Positions 20,190 through 32,400 of a stretch of 64,000 bases of DNA are shown here, piece after piece. The stretch comes from Cyclobacteriaceae bacterium. GTDB lineage: Bacteria > Bacteroidota > Bacteroidia > Cytophagales > Cyclobacteriaceae. Within the stretch, counting starts at the first letter, position 1, and each line of letters opens with the position of its first letter. A model generated the notes under the pieces. That model ran no database searches and was not told where the DNA came from. It saw only the letters and a list, made by a program, of their open reading frames with translations. The position numbers and the translations under genes were made by a program. The DNA lies in NCBI GenBank assembly GCA_034112085.1, contig JAWUWD010000107.1, forward strand, positions 1,295 through 65,294, written 5' to 3'.

Positions 20190-21533
20190 GTGTTTAAAAA
20201 AATATTAATTGCCAATAGAGGCGAAATTGCCCTTCGCATTATTCGAACTTGTCGCGAAATGGGTGTCAAAACAGTTGCTGTGTATTCAACAGCTGACAAA
20301 GAAAGCTTACACGTAAAATTTGCAGACGAAGCAGTTTGCATAGGAAAACCACCTAGTGCTGATTCTTATCTCAATATTCCAAGAATCATCTCAGCGGCAG
20401 AAATCACCAATGCAGATGCTATTCACCCAGGATACGGATTCTTGTCTGAAAATGCAGAATTTGCAGCTGTTTGTGAAGAATACAACATCAAGTTCATTGG
20501 AGCATCAGCTGACATGATCAACCGCATGGGTGATAAAGCTTCTGCCAAAGCGACCATGAAAAAAGCAGGTGTTCCTGTAATACCAGGGTCTGACGGCTTA
20601 ATAGACACTATTGCTGAAGGAAAGAAGATCTCAAAAAAGATGAAATATCCAGTCATTCTTAAGGCTACAGCCGGTGGTGGTGGTCGTGGAATGAGAATTG
20701 TCCACAACGAAGAAGGCTTTGAAAAAGCTTGGGTCGATTGTAAAATGGAATCAAAAGCAGCTTTCGGGAATGATGACCTCTATTTGGAAAAATACATTGA
20801 AGAACCTAGGCATATTGAAATACAAATCGTTGGAGACAGTAATGGGAAAGCATGCCACTTATCTGAAAGAGACTGTTCGATCCAAAGACGCCATCAAAAG
20901 CTAGTCGAAGAAACACCCTCACCAGTAGTTGATAAAAAACTACGTGAAAAAATGGGCAAAGCGGCTATCGCTGGAGCTGAAGGAATAAAATATGAAGGTG
21001 CTGGAACTGTAGAGTTTTTGGTTGACAAACATGGTGACTTTTATTTCATGGAAATGAATACAAGGATTCAAGTTGAGCACCCGATCACAGAGGAAGTAAC
21101 AGACTATGATCTGATCAAAGAGCAAATCAAGGTAGCTGCAGGAATACCTATTTCAGGGAAGAATTATTACCCTAATCTATACGCCATGGAGTGCAGAATC
21201 AATGCAGAAGATCCTTCTAAAGATTTCAGACCTAGTCCTGGGAAAATAACAAATCTTCATATCCCTGGAGGGCATGGTGTAAGAATTGATAGTCATGTTT
21301 ATGCAGGATATAGTATTCCTCCAAATTATGACTCTATGATCGCCAAGCTTATAGTGAGTGGTCAATCTAGAGAAGAAGTAATCGTGAGAATGAAGCGTGC
21401 ATTACAAGAGTTTGTAATAGAAGGAGTGAAAACTACTATTCCATTTCATATCAAACTGATGGACGATGAGGAATTCAAATCAGGTCAATTCACCACTGCA
21501 TTTATGGAAACCTTTGATCTTTCAGATTTATAA
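20190..21533 (+). CDS. accC: acetyl-CoA carboxylase biotin carboxylase subunit
   Basis: [22 protein letters not shown] and [17 protein letters not shown] start. Confidence 0.96.
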   Translation: MFKKILIANRGEIALRIIRTCREMGVKTVAVYSTADKESLHVKFADEAVCIGKPPSADSYLNIPRIISAAEITNADAIHPGYGFLSENAEFAAVCEEYNIKFIGASADMINRMGDKASAKATMKKAGVPVIPGSDGLIDTIAEGKKISKKMKYPVILKATAGGGGRGMRIVHNEEGFEKAWVDCKMESKAAFGNDDLYLEKYIEEPRHIEIQIVGDSNGKACHLSERDCSIQRRHQKLVEETPSPVVDKKLREKMGKAAIAGAEGIKYEGAGTVEFLVDKHGDFYFMEMNTRIQVEHPITEEVTDYDLIKEQIKVAAGIPISGKNYYPNLYAMECRINAEDPSKDFRPSPGKITNLHIPGGHGVRIDSHVYAGYSIPPNYDSMIAKLIVSGQSREEVIVRMKRALQEFVIEGVKTTIPFHIKLMDDEEFKSGQFTTAFMETFDLSDL

Positions 21534-21557
21534 AATTGCATAATCGCAATCATTTTG

Positions 21558-21598
21558 AAAGGCTACTTTAAGAATATTAAAGTAGCCTTTTCTTTTTC
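21558..21598 (+). terminator. rho-independent terminator after accC
   Basis: The 13-bp stem AAAGGCTACTTTA pairs with TAAAGTAGCCTTT and is followed by TCTTTTTC. Confidence 0.65.
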
Positions 21599-21666
21599 AG
21601 AGTAAGTATCCACACTTGCTAAATCACCAAGTTTTTTTAGTTTTACAAAACACAATTAAGCAGAAG

Positions 21667-21918
21667 ATGTCCAATACACAAGAAACCATAACGAATATTC
21701 TAGTAGACAAGTTAGGTCTGGCTGCCACTGAAGTCACTCCAGATGCCAATTTCGTTAAAGATTTAGGCATAGACTCCTTAGACTATGCAGAATTAGTGAT
21801 GGAATTTGAGCGAAATTTCGATATCAGAATACCTGATGAAGATGGGGAGCAGATGCAAACCATCAACCAAGCCGTCAAATACATTGACAATAAAGTATTG
21901 AATAAAAAAGAAGCTTAA
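21667..21918 (+). CDS. acyl carrier protein (stand-alone paralogue)
   Basis: From the ATG at 21667 the product reads MSNTQETITNILVDKLG...DLGIDSLDYAELVMEFE, which carries the DSL phosphopantetheine attachment motif. Confidence 0.85.
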   Translation: MSNTQETITNILVDKLGLAATEVTPDANFVKDLGIDSLDYAELVMEFERNFDIRIPDEDGEQMQTINQAVKYIDNKVLNKKEA

Positions 21919-21951
21919 CAGCTCCTTTTTTATTCAATACTTTATTAATTA

Positions 21952-22503
21952 TTACCCTCTAAAATGTTCGTGAACTTTGATCAATGCATAGATGGCAGCT
22001 GGTAGCCAAAACAACAAGGTAAGCACCAGGCTAATCCAGAACTCTTGAGTAATACCATAGGTAAGTCCTACTCCTAAAAACGGAATGAAAAAAGCCAATA
22101 TCATCATCAGCGTGTAATCATCATTGGCTTTTTTAGCCTCTTTCACTTCTTTTATTATTTCCTTTTTGACTTTTTTGTTCTCCCTCTTAAGTTCTTTCTT
22201 TAGCAATTTCCCCTCGATCCCTGAGCTATTTATTTGTTGGATACGAATTTCGTGTGCTTCAACAATTTTTTTTATTGGATTTTCTTTGAGTAAAACCAGC
22301 GTTTCAGAATTACTAGCTACTAATTCTGATGGATTCACTTCTCCCAATACTTCATCATTAGCATGATAAATGTTTTCCGTAATCAGTTCATGCTTTGAAC
22401 TCTCGTTAGATTTATGATTAAAATGTGCAGTATACTTTGGCGCACATGAATACAGCAGCGCAATCGACATCAATACAAAAGAATTTCGCAGTAGGTTTTT
22501 CAT
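21952..22503 (-). CDS. lipoprotein-like protein with a C-terminal YqaE/Pmp3-type two-TM domain
   Basis: Lipobox-like MSIALLYSC, a Lys-rich coiled segment, and the C-terminus ILAFFIPFLGVGL...LLTLLFWLPAAIYAL, which resembles UPF0057/Pmp3. Confidence 0.55.
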   Translation of the reverse strand: MKNLLRNSFVLMSIALLYSCAPKYTAHFNHKSNESSKHELITENIYHANDEVLGEVNPSELVASNSETLVLLKENPIKKIVEAHEIRIQQINSSGIEGKLLKKELKRENKKVKKEIIKEVKEAKKANDDYTLMMILAFFIPFLGVGLTYGITQEFWISLVLTLLFWLPAAIYALIKVHEHFRG

Positions 22504-22552
22504 AATTGGTAATTTAGTTCAACTTTGTTTCGATACTAAAATACATCAATAC

Positions 22553-23710
22553 ATGACATTATCAAAGATCGTAATCACTTGCCCTCCACATATCAATACC
22601 ATTCTTGCAAAAGAAGTAGAAGATCTAGGCTATGAGGTGAAAAAAATCAATCGAATGGATGTGGAAATTGAAGGCACGTTCAATGATACGATGTACCTCA
22701 ATCTACACTTGCGGACAGGGTATCGAGTTCTCTTCCTGGTGAAGTCATTTAAAGCTACCACACCGGAACAACTTTACGATGAAGTGTGCCACATTAAATG
22801 GGAAGAAATCATGGATAAAGATGGATACTTCAGTATCCAATCTTATGTCAAAAATGATTTCATTTATGATAGTAAATATGCCAACCTTAAAATCAAAGAT
22901 GCCATAGCCGATCGGTTTGTCCGAGAGTTCGGGAAGCGTCCTGACTCGGGCCCAAGTATCGACAAGGTTGTACTATTTCTACATTGGAAACTTGATCAAT
23001 GCCATCTCTATATTGACACCTCTGGAGAGACCATCGCAAAACATGGCTATCGGAAAATTCCTTTTAAAGCTCCAATGCTTGAGGCATTGGCGGCAGCAAC
23101 GATAAAGGCTAGCCAGTGGGATGGTAAGTCCTCATTTGTTAACCCAATGTGCGGTAGTGGTACGCTTGCTATTGAGGCAGCACTGATAGCCATTAATAAG
23201 GCCCCAGGGCTGATGCGTGACAATTTTGGCTTCATGCATATCAAAGGCTACAACTATGCCTACTGGGATAAAATCAAAAAAGAAGCAGAGGAAGCTGTCT
23301 TAGACACCATTTCATTTAAAATAACTGCCTCGGACATGAGTCCAGAAGCATTAAAAGTATCTAGAATGAATGCCGCATATGCTAAGGTTGATCACTTGAT
23401 CAGCTTCGAATTATGTGATTTCTCTAGAACAACAATTCCTGAAACTCCTGGAGTCGTGATGATCAATCCTGAGTACGGAGAACGTCTTGGTGAAGAAGAG
23501 GAATTGGTAAAAGTATATCAACAAATTGGCGATTTCTTTAAGAAAAGTTGTTCTGGGTATATGGGTTATATATTCACAGGGAACATGAATCTTGCTAAGA
23601 AAATTGGTTTACGTGCTAAAAGAAGGATTGAGTTTTTCAATGCTATGATTGATTGTCGCTTGCTAGAATATGAGCTTTATGTTGGAAGTAAGAGAGAAGA
23701 AAATAATTGA
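22553..23710 (+). CDS. THUMP-domain class I SAM-dependent RNA methyltransferase (RlmL/COG0116-like)
   Basis: THUMP N-terminal region, SAM motif I PMCGSGTLAIEA and motif IV MINPEYGERLG. Confidence 0.85.
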   Translation: MTLSKIVITCPPHINTILAKEVEDLGYEVKKINRMDVEIEGTFNDTMYLNLHLRTGYRVLFLVKSFKATTPEQLYDEVCHIKWEEIMDKDGYFSIQSYVKNDFIYDSKYANLKIKDAIADRFVREFGKRPDSGPSIDKVVLFLHWKLDQCHLYIDTSGETIAKHGYRKIPFKAPMLEALAAATIKASQWDGKSSFVNPMCGSGTLAIEAALIAINKAPGLMRDNFGFMHIKGYNYAYWDKIKKEAEEAVLDTISFKITASDMSPEALKVSRMNAAYAKVDHLISFELCDFSRTTIPETPGVVMINPEYGERLGEEEELVKVYQQIGDFFKKSCSGYMGYIFTGNMNLAKKIGLRAKRRIEFFNAMIDCRLLEYELYVGSKREENN

Positions 23711-25947
23711 ATATCGTCCGATCCTATATCGAAAGATTCTATTATTCCTTTCCCATAAGGTTATTAGTCAATCACGTCAAAAATAACCAAATCCTCCTAC
23801 TGTTTTGGATAGTCCTATTTGCGATTATAAATGGACTTATTGGTAAATTTTTAGGTATTCAATATCTCTTCTTAGATCCTGAATACCTCAATAAGGTTGA
23901 TTTTTTTAGTTTTATGTTACTAGGGATATCGCTTGCAGGTTTCACTACTGCTTTTCATATTACTAGCTACATTATTGATGGTCATCGTTTTTCATTCATT
24001 GGAAAAATTCCAAGGCCATTTACTACTTACAGTCTAAATAACAGTATTATCCCAACGATATTTCTCGGAACTTATGTTTACTTCATTATTGATTATCAAC
24101 TTAATGTTGGAAGTGCAACCACTTCCAGTATTATCATTGAGATAACTGGGCTGGTCAGTGGGTTTTTATTGATTGGTATTATTCTTTACACCTATTTCCT
24201 GCTCACGAATAAGGATATTTTTAGATATGTAGTCTGTAAAGTAGATGAGAAGCTAAAGCAAAAAGTGCCTGCTACTCGTGCGAATGCAATGAATAAGCTA
24301 CACATAGCTAAAAAAAAACAAATCAAAGTCAGGAGTTATTTGAACTACAGATTGGCCCCTACCAAAATCGTTGATGATAAAGAATTTTACGATAGAGCAA
24401 CTGTTCTACAAGTCTTTGACCAAAATCATTTAAACCTGGTCATTGTTGAATTTGCCATATTCTCCATATTACTAATCATTGGAATTTTTAGAGAATATGC
24501 TATTTTTCAGATACCAGCGGCCGCAAGTTTACTGCTACTGTTTACCATATTTGTTATGATCGCTGGTGCATTCTCCTATTGGTTTGGCAGGTGGTCTACG
24601 ACCGTTGCTATCGGTATTTTCATAATACTAAATATAATCACACAGAATGATCTACTTCCCAGAGAGTACAAGGCATACGGCCTAAACTATAACACTAAAA
24701 AGGTTGCTTATAACCTTAAGACAATAAAAGGTCTCAACAGTACATCCAACTATGAAGGTGATCGCTCCAATACTTTGGTCATTCTTGAAAACTGGAAAGC
24801 AAAACATATCGATAAATCTAAGCCTAAAATGGTACTCACATGTGTTAGTGGTGGTGGACAGCGAGCAGCATTATGGACACTTGCGGCTCTTCAGCAGTCA
24901 GACAGTATCTCTCAAGGAGAACTGATGAAACACACGATGTTGATGACTGGTGCTTCAGGAGGAATGATCGGTGCTGCCTATTTTAGAGAGCTGACCTTAA
25001 GAGATCAAGATAGCTTGTCGGACAATTCGCCTTACAGTGAAGTTCATCAGCAGAATATTGCTCGGGATAATCTCAATTCAATAATATTCAGCTTGTTAGT
25101 CAATGATTTTTTTATTGGTGGACTTAAACCTAATGATCCAACATCCAGTTATTCAAAAGATCGAGGATATGCCTTCGAAAAACAGCTAGAAATGAATACT
25201 GGTGGCTTGCTTAATAAGACAGTCTCAGAATACCAATTATCAGAACAGAAGGCCGATATTCCTATGCTGATAATGGCTCCCACTATAATGAATGATGGAA
25301 GAAAATTATTCATAAGCCCGCAAAATGTTTCATATATGGCAAGTGATCCTGGACAAGATCATTTGTATGGGATTGATTTCTTAAGACTTTTTGAAAATCA
25401 AAAAAGTGATCAACTCACGTTCTATAGTGCGTTGAGAATGAACGCGGCATTTCCCTACATCACTCCTAATGTAAGTCTGCCGAGTGAGCCTCCGATAGAA
25501 ATAATGGATGCGGGTGTGGCTGATAATTTTGGCATTACTGATGCTGTAAGATTTCTATATGTTTTTCAAGAGTGGATCAGTGAGAACACATCAGGAGTAG
25601 TCATCCTTTCCATTCGTGATTCTAAAAAAGAGTTTCCGATCAGTAATAAAAAAGGCAGTTCTCTAATCGGGAAATTCACGACTCCAATCAGTAGTATTTA
25701 TAGTAATTTCGAAAATCTTCAAAATATCAACAATGATTCTCAACTTCAACATGCGAGATCGTGGTTTAAAGGAGACTTAGAGCATATAATAATTGAATAT
25801 GACCCTTTCCTTAATACAAATGTTACCGAAAGAGCCTCATTAAATTGGAGGCTTACTGAAAAAGAAAAACAGAGTGTTCTAGAAAACATTAGCTCAAAAA
25901 AGAACCGTGAAAAGATCATAGAGTTAAGGGAGACCTTGAAAAGGTAA
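23707..25947 (+). CDS. patatin-like phospholipase with a large N-terminal polytopic membrane domain
   Basis: Oxyanion motif SGGGQRAALW, nucleophile elbow TGASGGM (GxSxG) and catalytic Asp motif MDAGVADNFG. The only in-frame start is the TTG at 23707, which overlaps the upstream TGA. Confidence 0.8.
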   Translation: MNIVRSYIERFYYSFPIRLLVNHVKNNQILLLFWIVLFAIINGLIGKFLGIQYLFLDPEYLNKVDFFSFMLLGISLAGFTTAFHITSYIIDGHRFSFIGKIPRPFTTYSLNNSIIPTIFLGTYVYFIIDYQLNVGSATTSSIIIEITGLVSGFLLIGIILYTYFLLTNKDIFRYVVCKVDEKLKQKVPATRANAMNKLHIAKKKQIKVRSYLNYRLAPTKIVDDKEFYDRATVLQVFDQNHLNLVIVEFAIFSILLIIGIFREYAIFQIPAAASLLLLFTIFVMIAGAFSYWFGRWSTTVAIGIFIILNIITQNDLLPREYKAYGLNYNTKKVAYNLKTIKGLNSTSNYEGDRSNTLVILENWKAKHIDKSKPKMVLTCVSGGGQRAALWTLAALQQSDSISQGELMKHTMLMTGASGGMIGAAYFRELTLRDQDSLSDNSPYSEVHQQNIARDNLNSIIFSLLVNDFFIGGLKPNDPTSSYSKDRGYAFEKQLEMNTGGLLNKTVSEYQLSEQKADIPMLIMAPTIMNDGRKLFISPQNVSYMASDPGQDHLYGIDFLRLFENQKSDQLTFYSALRMNAAFPYITPNVSLPSEPPIEIMDAGVADNFGITDAVRFLYVFQEWISENTSGVVILSIRDSKKEFPISNKKGSSLIGKFTTPISSIYSNFENLQNINNDSQLQHARSWFKGDLEHIIIEYDPFLNTNVTERASLNWRLTEKEKQSVLENISSKKNREKIIELRETLKR

Positions 25948-25950
25948 TGA

Positions 25951-28900
25951 TCAATTTGATTCAGCTAAATCGAATTGAAGCACAAATTTAGCGCCTTGAT
26001 CAACTTCACTTTCACACCAAATCTTACCATTCATTGTTTCAACATACTTCTTAGCAATAGAAAGTCCTAAACCAGAAGACTCTTCGTCTCCTGTAGGTTT
26101 TGCTGAAAGCTTGACATATCTCTCAAACAAAAATTTCATATCTTTCTCACTTATTCCAGGGCCTTGATCCTGAACACTAATCTCTATCTTATTATCCAGG
26201 CACTCAGTACTGATGATAATTTCTGTTTGTTCTTTAGAAAATTTAATTGCGTTTGATATTATATTTTCTAATATCTTTGTAAGATAAGTCCTATCTGCTA
26301 GAATAAACGGATCACTATCTGTTAAATTCATCCTCAAAATTATGCTTTTTTTATCAGACACAATTTTCAATGTAGTATAGGCTTCATCGATCAATTGATG
26401 AACATCTATCTGAGTAATTTGATAGTTAGTTTTATTAGCGTCAATTGCATTGGTGTCAAGTATTTTCGTGATCATATCCCGTTGTCGGTCTACTAGATCA
26501 TTGATAAGATTAATAGAATTTACAGTTTCCTCATTAAGTTTAGGATTGATCATTTTCACTATTGAAGCTAATCCCTTTATTTGATTAAGTGGACTTCGAA
26601 GATCATGTGAGACAATTTGTATGAGCTCATTTTTCTCATTATTGATCTCAATGAGTTGATTATTCTGCTGAATAATCTCTTCCTTATTTTCCTCCAATTC
26701 CTGTGTTCTGACTAACACAAGGTTTTCTAAGTCAGCCTTTTGCTTTTTGATATTACTTAATCGCAATTTATACAGTAGCGTTAGTATAGAAACAAGAGCC
26801 AGAAATAGACATAACTTAAAAATTAGAGTGTCCCACCATGGTGCTACTATTTCAATATAAATACTGTCACCTTCTTCGTTCCATAAGAGATCATTGTTAG
26901 AACCGATAACCTTAAAAAGGTAATTACCAGGAGGAACATTGGTATAGTTAGCAGTGTTGATTTCGTTCGCTGTAATCCATTCTTTATCAAAATTTTCAAG
27001 TTTATACTTATACCGGTTATTCTCTGGACTATTATAGTTCAAAGCTATAAATCCGAAAGAAAAGAAATTTTGATTATGAGCCAATATTATAGTGTCAGTG
27101 TCTTCCAGAGGTTGATTAATAATTTTAGATTCATCATTTATCTTTACATATTCATTATAAAGTTTGAAATCTGTAATATGGATAGGAGGAATTATCTTGT
27201 TATCAGAAATCTGTCCCGGTTGAAAACTAACCACTCCATATGTTCCTAAAAAAATCTCTCCTGAATCAGACTGATAATACGCGTTACTATTAAATTCGAC
27301 TCCATCGAAATAATTTTTGAAAGTTTGAGTCTCTGTTTCAAATCTAGAAATCCCCTCATTATGACTAACCCAAAGGTTATTATTGCCATCTTCTAACACA
27401 CAATAAAGAGAAGTATTGGCAATTCCATGTGCTGTTCCATAATTGGTAAAAGTCAGACTCTCTTTGTTCAACTTATTTAATCCTCCTCCATAGGTAGCAA
27501 CCCAAATATTCCCACTAGAATCTTCATTAATATGAGTAACACGATCATTGGATAAACTTTTAGAATTTCCTTCTTCATGTTCGAAGTGCAGGAATAACTT
27601 CGTATTTGGATCATAGCGATCCAATCCATTTGATCCAAATCCAATCCAATAAACCCCATCTTTATCTTCAAATACCAGTTCTACTATATCACTATACAAG
27701 CTGTTTTTATCATTTGGATCATGTTTAATTTTTCTGAATTTACCAGTATCTCTATCCATAATATTCAGACCTTGATCGGTGGATATCCAAAGCAATCCTT
27801 TAGAATCTTCATAAATGGAGGATAATTGATTTGAAGAGATGCTATGTTCATCTAATTTATTTGGACTGTAGCTGGTGAATTTTTCAGAATTGATATCAAA
27901 CTTATTTAGCCCTCTATTGGTAGCTATCCATGCAATATCATTATCATCAATGTAGAGAAACTTCACATGGCTACTGCTCAAAGAGTTGGCTCCATTATAT
28001 TGATAGGTGGTCACTTCTAGCGTTTGTCTGTTAATTTTCTTTAAGCCATCGACTGAAGATCCTACCCAAACAAACCCTTTGCTATCGACTGATATAGCAT
28101 GTAAATCTGCATGAGGTGAAATAAGATTTTGATGATTATCTTCTGTATACTGTTTAAAGCGTGCATGATATTTACCAATTTTATTGATTCCTCCTCTCAT
28201 ACCCACCCATAGATCAGAAGCATTGTCAATATATAGAGCATTCACTCTTGGGTATTCTACTTTGAGCTTTTTAAAAGTAGAAGTCTTCTTATTAAATTTA
28301 TACAAATAGCCTCCATCCGATCCGATCCAGATTTCATCTTCATCGGAACCAAGAATACTTTGAATTATGTTGTTGTTAATTATAGAATGGTCAGGGTACT
28401 CAAACTTAATAAGAGTATCATCACTTTGATCAAACTTCAATAGCCCTGCCCCATTGGTTCCTAACCACAAAGCCTCACCATCACCCCATATACACAAAAT
28501 ATCATTTTGTCCAACACTGGAAGAACTCTTGTATGTATGATGGATAAACTCCCTTCTTTTTGAATCAAATTGATTTAATCCATTGGATGTTCCTATCCAT
28601 AAAACATCATTTGTATCTACATAGAGACTACTAATTTCATCGGCAGATAAAGTTCTATTATCTAGTGGGTTATTATTGAAATGTTCAAAAGTGTTTGCAT
28701 TAAAATCAAACCGACACAACCCATTTTTTGTCCCAATCCAAATTACTCCATCGGATGTTTTAGCTAGTGCTGAAATTCTATTATGAATCAATGAATTTGG
28801 ATTGCCCTCCTCATTTTTATAAGAAGTAAATTCATCTGTATCTATATTATATTTATTCAGACCGCCACTTTTAGTCCCAATCCATAAATCCTGATTATCA

Positions 28901-29229
28901 TCTTCTATTAATGCAGTGATATAACTATCACTTATACTCTTTGGGTCTAATACATCGTTTTTGAATATCTTAAATTTAACCCCATCAAATCGATTAAGTC
29001 CATCTTGTGAACCAAACCAGATGTAACCATACTTATCTTGATGGATAGCATTTATGCTTGCCTGAGAAAGGCCGTCATTTTTACCATAAAACTCAAAAGG
29101 TTGATAGTTTTTTTGCCATGAATACAAATTCAATGACATAAACATCGCGACTATAATCAAGGTCAATCGGTTGATTGACAATATTTTACTAATGTTCAAG
29201 GAAAATAAAACTGTAGAATTAAAGATCAT
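25951..29229 (-). CDS. sensor histidine kinase with a periplasmic two-component-regulator propeller/Y_Y_Y domain (no receiver or HTH)
   Basis: About 13 repeats of the type IWIGT..GLN.FD, then a Y_Y_Y-like region (YKYKLENFDKEW), a TM helix, a coiled coil, H-box VSHDLRSPLN and HATPase motifs (DQGPGI, GLGLSIAKK). Confidence 0.87.
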   Translation of the reverse strand: MIFNSTVLFSLNISKILSINRLTLIIVAMFMSLNLYSWQKNYQPFEFYGKNDGLSQASINAIHQDKYGYIWFGSQDGLNRFDGVKFKIFKNDVLDPKSISDSYITALIEDDNQDLWIGTKSGGLNKYNIDTDEFTSYKNEEGNPNSLIHNRISALAKTSDGVIWIGTKNGLCRFDFNANTFEHFNNNPLDNRTLSADEISSLYVDTNDVLWIGTSNGLNQFDSKRREFIHHTYKSSSSVGQNDILCIWGDGEALWLGTNGAGLLKFDQSDDTLIKFEYPDHSIINNNIIQSILGSDEDEIWIGSDGGYLYKFNKKTSTFKKLKVEYPRVNALYIDNASDLWVGMRGGINKIGKYHARFKQYTEDNHQNLISPHADLHAISVDSKGFVWVGSSVDGLKKINRQTLEVTTYQYNGANSLSSSHVKFLYIDDNDIAWIATNRGLNKFDINSEKFTSYSPNKLDEHSISSNQLSSIYEDSKGLLWISTDQGLNIMDRDTGKFRKIKHDPNDKNSLYSDIVELVFEDKDGVYWIGFGSNGLDRYDPNTKLFLHFEHEEGNSKSLSNDRVTHINEDSSGNIWVATYGGGLNKLNKESLTFTNYGTAHGIANTSLYCVLEDGNNNLWVSHNEGISRFETETQTFKNYFDGVEFNSNAYYQSDSGEIFLGTYGVVSFQPGQISDNKIIPPIHITDFKLYNEYVKINDESKIINQPLEDTDTIILAHNQNFFSFGFIALNYNSPENNRYKYKLENFDKEWITANEINTANYTNVPPGNYLFKVIGSNNDLLWNEEGDSIYIEIVAPWWDTLIFKLCLFLALVSILTLLYKLRLSNIKKQKADLENLVLVRTQELEENKEEIIQQNNQLIEINNEKNELIQIVSHDLRSPLNQIKGLASIVKMINPKLNEETVNSINLINDLVDRQRDMITKILDTNAIDANKTNYQITQIDVHQLIDEAYTTLKIVSDKKSIILRMNLTDSDPFILADRTYLTKILENIISNAIKFSKEQTEIIISTECLDNKIEISVQDQGPGISEKDMKFLFERYVKLSAKPTGDEESSGLGLSIAKKYVETMNGKIWCESEVDQGAKFVLQFDLAESN

Positions 29230-29363
29230 GTATAATTATAATCAACAAGTAAGATACTAATGATACCCAATATCATCCATTTATCAATGAATAAGATGCG
29301 GTTATTGTTTAAAAACCAGTTAACTACAACTAACAACCGTTAGTCTTTTTAAGACTTTTTGGC

Positions 29364-29371
29364 TAATTTTG
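29364..29371 (+). promoter_or_regulatory. candidate -7 box TAATTTTG for icmF
   Basis: Matches TAnnTTTG, 34 nt upstream of the ATG at 29406. Confidence 0.4.
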
Positions 29372-29405
29372 CACTTCAATTTTCGACTGAAGAATTTATA
29401 AAGAT

Positions 29406-32400
29406 ATGCAACAAGCAGCTCCATACATACCAAAAAATAAGGTCAGAATAGTCACCGCAGCATCTCTATTTGACGGGCATGATGCAGCGATCAATATAAT
29501 GCGTAGAATCATCCAGGCTACTGGGTGTGAGGTGATCCATCTTGGACATGATCGCAGTGTTGAAGAAGTTGTGAATTGTGCTATTCAGGAAGATGCTCAG
29601 GCAATAGCAATGACTTCCTATCAAGGAGGTCATAATGAGTATTTCAAATACATGTATGATCTTTTGAAAGAAAAAGGTGCTGAACATATCAGGATATTTG
29701 GCGGTGGAGGTGGAGTGATCCTACCCGAGGAAATTAAAGAATTAATGGACTACGGTGTAACGAGGATCTACGCTCCTGATGATGGTCGATCAATGGGCTT
29801 ACAGGGGATGATCAATGATATGATAGAGCGATGCGACTTCCCTACGGGTCAAAATCTCAATGGTGCAACAAAACTCATTGGAGAGAAGAATGTCAATGCC
29901 ATAGCTAAAACTATTTCTGGAGCAGAAAACTTCCCTGAAGAGTCAAAATCTATTCTTGACCAAGTGCATAAGGCAGCCGCTAAAGTTAAGACCCCGATAC
30001 TTGGGATAACAGGAACTGGCGGCTCGGGTAAATCTTCATTGGTTGACGAGTTGGTTAGAAGGTTCCTGATTGATTTTCCTGAGAAAGATATTGCCATTGT
30101 CTCTGTCGATCCTTCAAAGCGAAAAACAGGAGGCGCTCTACTTGGTGATCGAATTCGCATGAATTCTATTAGCAATTCGCGCGTTTATATGCGTTCATTA
30201 GCCACGCGTCAATCCAATTTGGCCCTATCAAAACATGTGAACGAAGCCCTTCAAATATTAAAGGCTGCCAATTACGATTTCATCATTTTAGAGACCTCTG
30301 GCATTGGTCAATCTGATACAGAGATTTTGGAGCATTCTGATGTATCTCTTTATGTAATGACTCCAGAATATGGGGCAGCAACACAGCTAGAGAAAATCGA
30401 TATGCTTGACTTTGCGGACGTTATTGCGCTCAATAAGTTTGACAAACGAGGTGCACTTGATGCCATCAGAGATGTCAAAAAACAATATCAAAGGAATCAT
30501 AATCTTTGGGAGGCAAATGTAGACACAATGCCGGTACACGGAACTATAGCGTCACAGTTCAACGATCCAGGCACCAATTCTCTCTATAAAGTTCTCATGG
30601 ATAAAATCGTAGAAAAAACAGAAGCAGACCTCCATTCTACTTTCGAAATCACTGAGGAAATGTCAGAGAAGATCTTTGTAATTCCTCCAAAGAGAATACG
30701 CTATTTATCAGAAATAGCTGAAAGTAATCGTGGATATGATGAAAAGGCCAACCATCAGAGAGAAGTCGCTCAATCACTTTATGGCATTCAAAAATCTATC
30801 GATACGATTCAAAATAGTGAACTAGAAGATAAAGATCGATTGATCAAAGGATTACATGAGGCTTATCAAAACGTTGCACTTGATCTCGATCCGCACAACA
30901 AGAAGTTGATAGAAGGCTGGCCCGGAAAAGTAAAAAAATATAAAGATCCGATATATTCATTTAAGGTACGTGACAAAGAAATAAAGATAGAAACGCATTC
31001 TGAGTCGCTCTCGCACTCTCAGATACCTAAAGTAGCTCTTCCAACATACGAAGCTTGGGGAGATCTACTTAAATGGAATTTACAAGAAAATGTTCCTGGA
31101 GAATTTCCATATACAGCCGGGATTTATCCTTTCAAAAGAGAACGTGAAGATCCTACTCGTATGTTTGCAGGTGAAGGTGGCCCCGAACGTACTAATAGAA
31201 GATTTCACTACGTAAGTAAAGGATTACCAGCAGCTAGACTTTCTACTGCATTTGACTCGGTGACCCTAAATGGACAGGAAGCGGACTCTCGGCCTGACAT
31301 CTATGGTAAAATAGGAAATGCTGGTGTGAGTATTTGTTGCCTTGATGATGCAAAGAAGCTTTACTCTGGATTTGACTTGACAGACCCAACTACTTCAGTG
31401 TCTATGACCATCAATGGTCCTGCACCGATGCTGTTAGGATTTTTTATGAACGCAGCTACAGATCAAAACTGTGAGAAATACATCAAGGAAAATGGGCTTG
31501 AAAAAGAAGTTGAGAAAAAAATAGCTTCTATATACAAAAACAAAGGAGTAGTACGTCCAAGCTATCAAGGAAGTCTACCAGAAGAGAATAACGGTCTTGG
31601 ATTGATGTTACTTGGCGTCACAGGAGACTTAGTGCTGCCTGCTGATGTCTATGCTGGTATAAAAGCAGAGACACTGGCAACAGTAAGAGGTACTGTTCAA
31701 GCAGATATTCTCAAAGAAGATCAAGCGCAGAATACTTGTATCTTCTCTACCGAATTTGCCTTGCGATTGATGGGTGATGTGCAAGAATATTTCATCACTC
31801 AGAATGTTCGAAATTTTTACTCAGTATCTATTTCTGGATATCATATTGCGGAAGCAGGACCTAATCCTATTACTCAATTGGCTTTGACTTTGTCCAATGG
31901 GTTTACTTATGTGGAGTACTACCTCAGCCGTGGAATGGACATCAATAAGTTCGCTCCAAATTTATCATTCTTCTTCTCCAATGGAATAGATCCAGAATAT
32001 GCAGTCATCGGTCGAGTGGCTCGTAGGATTTGGGCAAAAGCGATGAAGCATAAATACAACGCGGATTCTCGTTCTCAGATGTTGAAGTATCACATTCAAA
32101 CATCCGGTCGCTCATTGCATGCACAGGAAATTGACTTCAATGATATCCGTACCACATTACAAGCGCTGTATGCTATTTATGACAATTGTAACTCCTTACA
32201 TACAAATGCTTATGATGAAGCTATCACTACTCCTACTGAGGAATCTGTAAGACGTGCTATGGCTATCCAGTTGATTATTAATAAAGAACTGGGACTATCA
32301 AAAAACGAAAACCCTATTCAAGGTTCATTTATTACCGAGCAACTAACTGACTTAGTAGAAGAAGCGGTACTACTAGAATTTGATAGGATCACCGAAAGAG

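Noticed and set aside
29230-29405. A cobalamin riboswitch upstream of the B12-dependent icmF.
   Set aside because: The candidate promoter box is only 34 nt from the ATG. The 176-bp region is AT-rich, and I could see no B12-box-like GCCACTG core or multi-stem structure.
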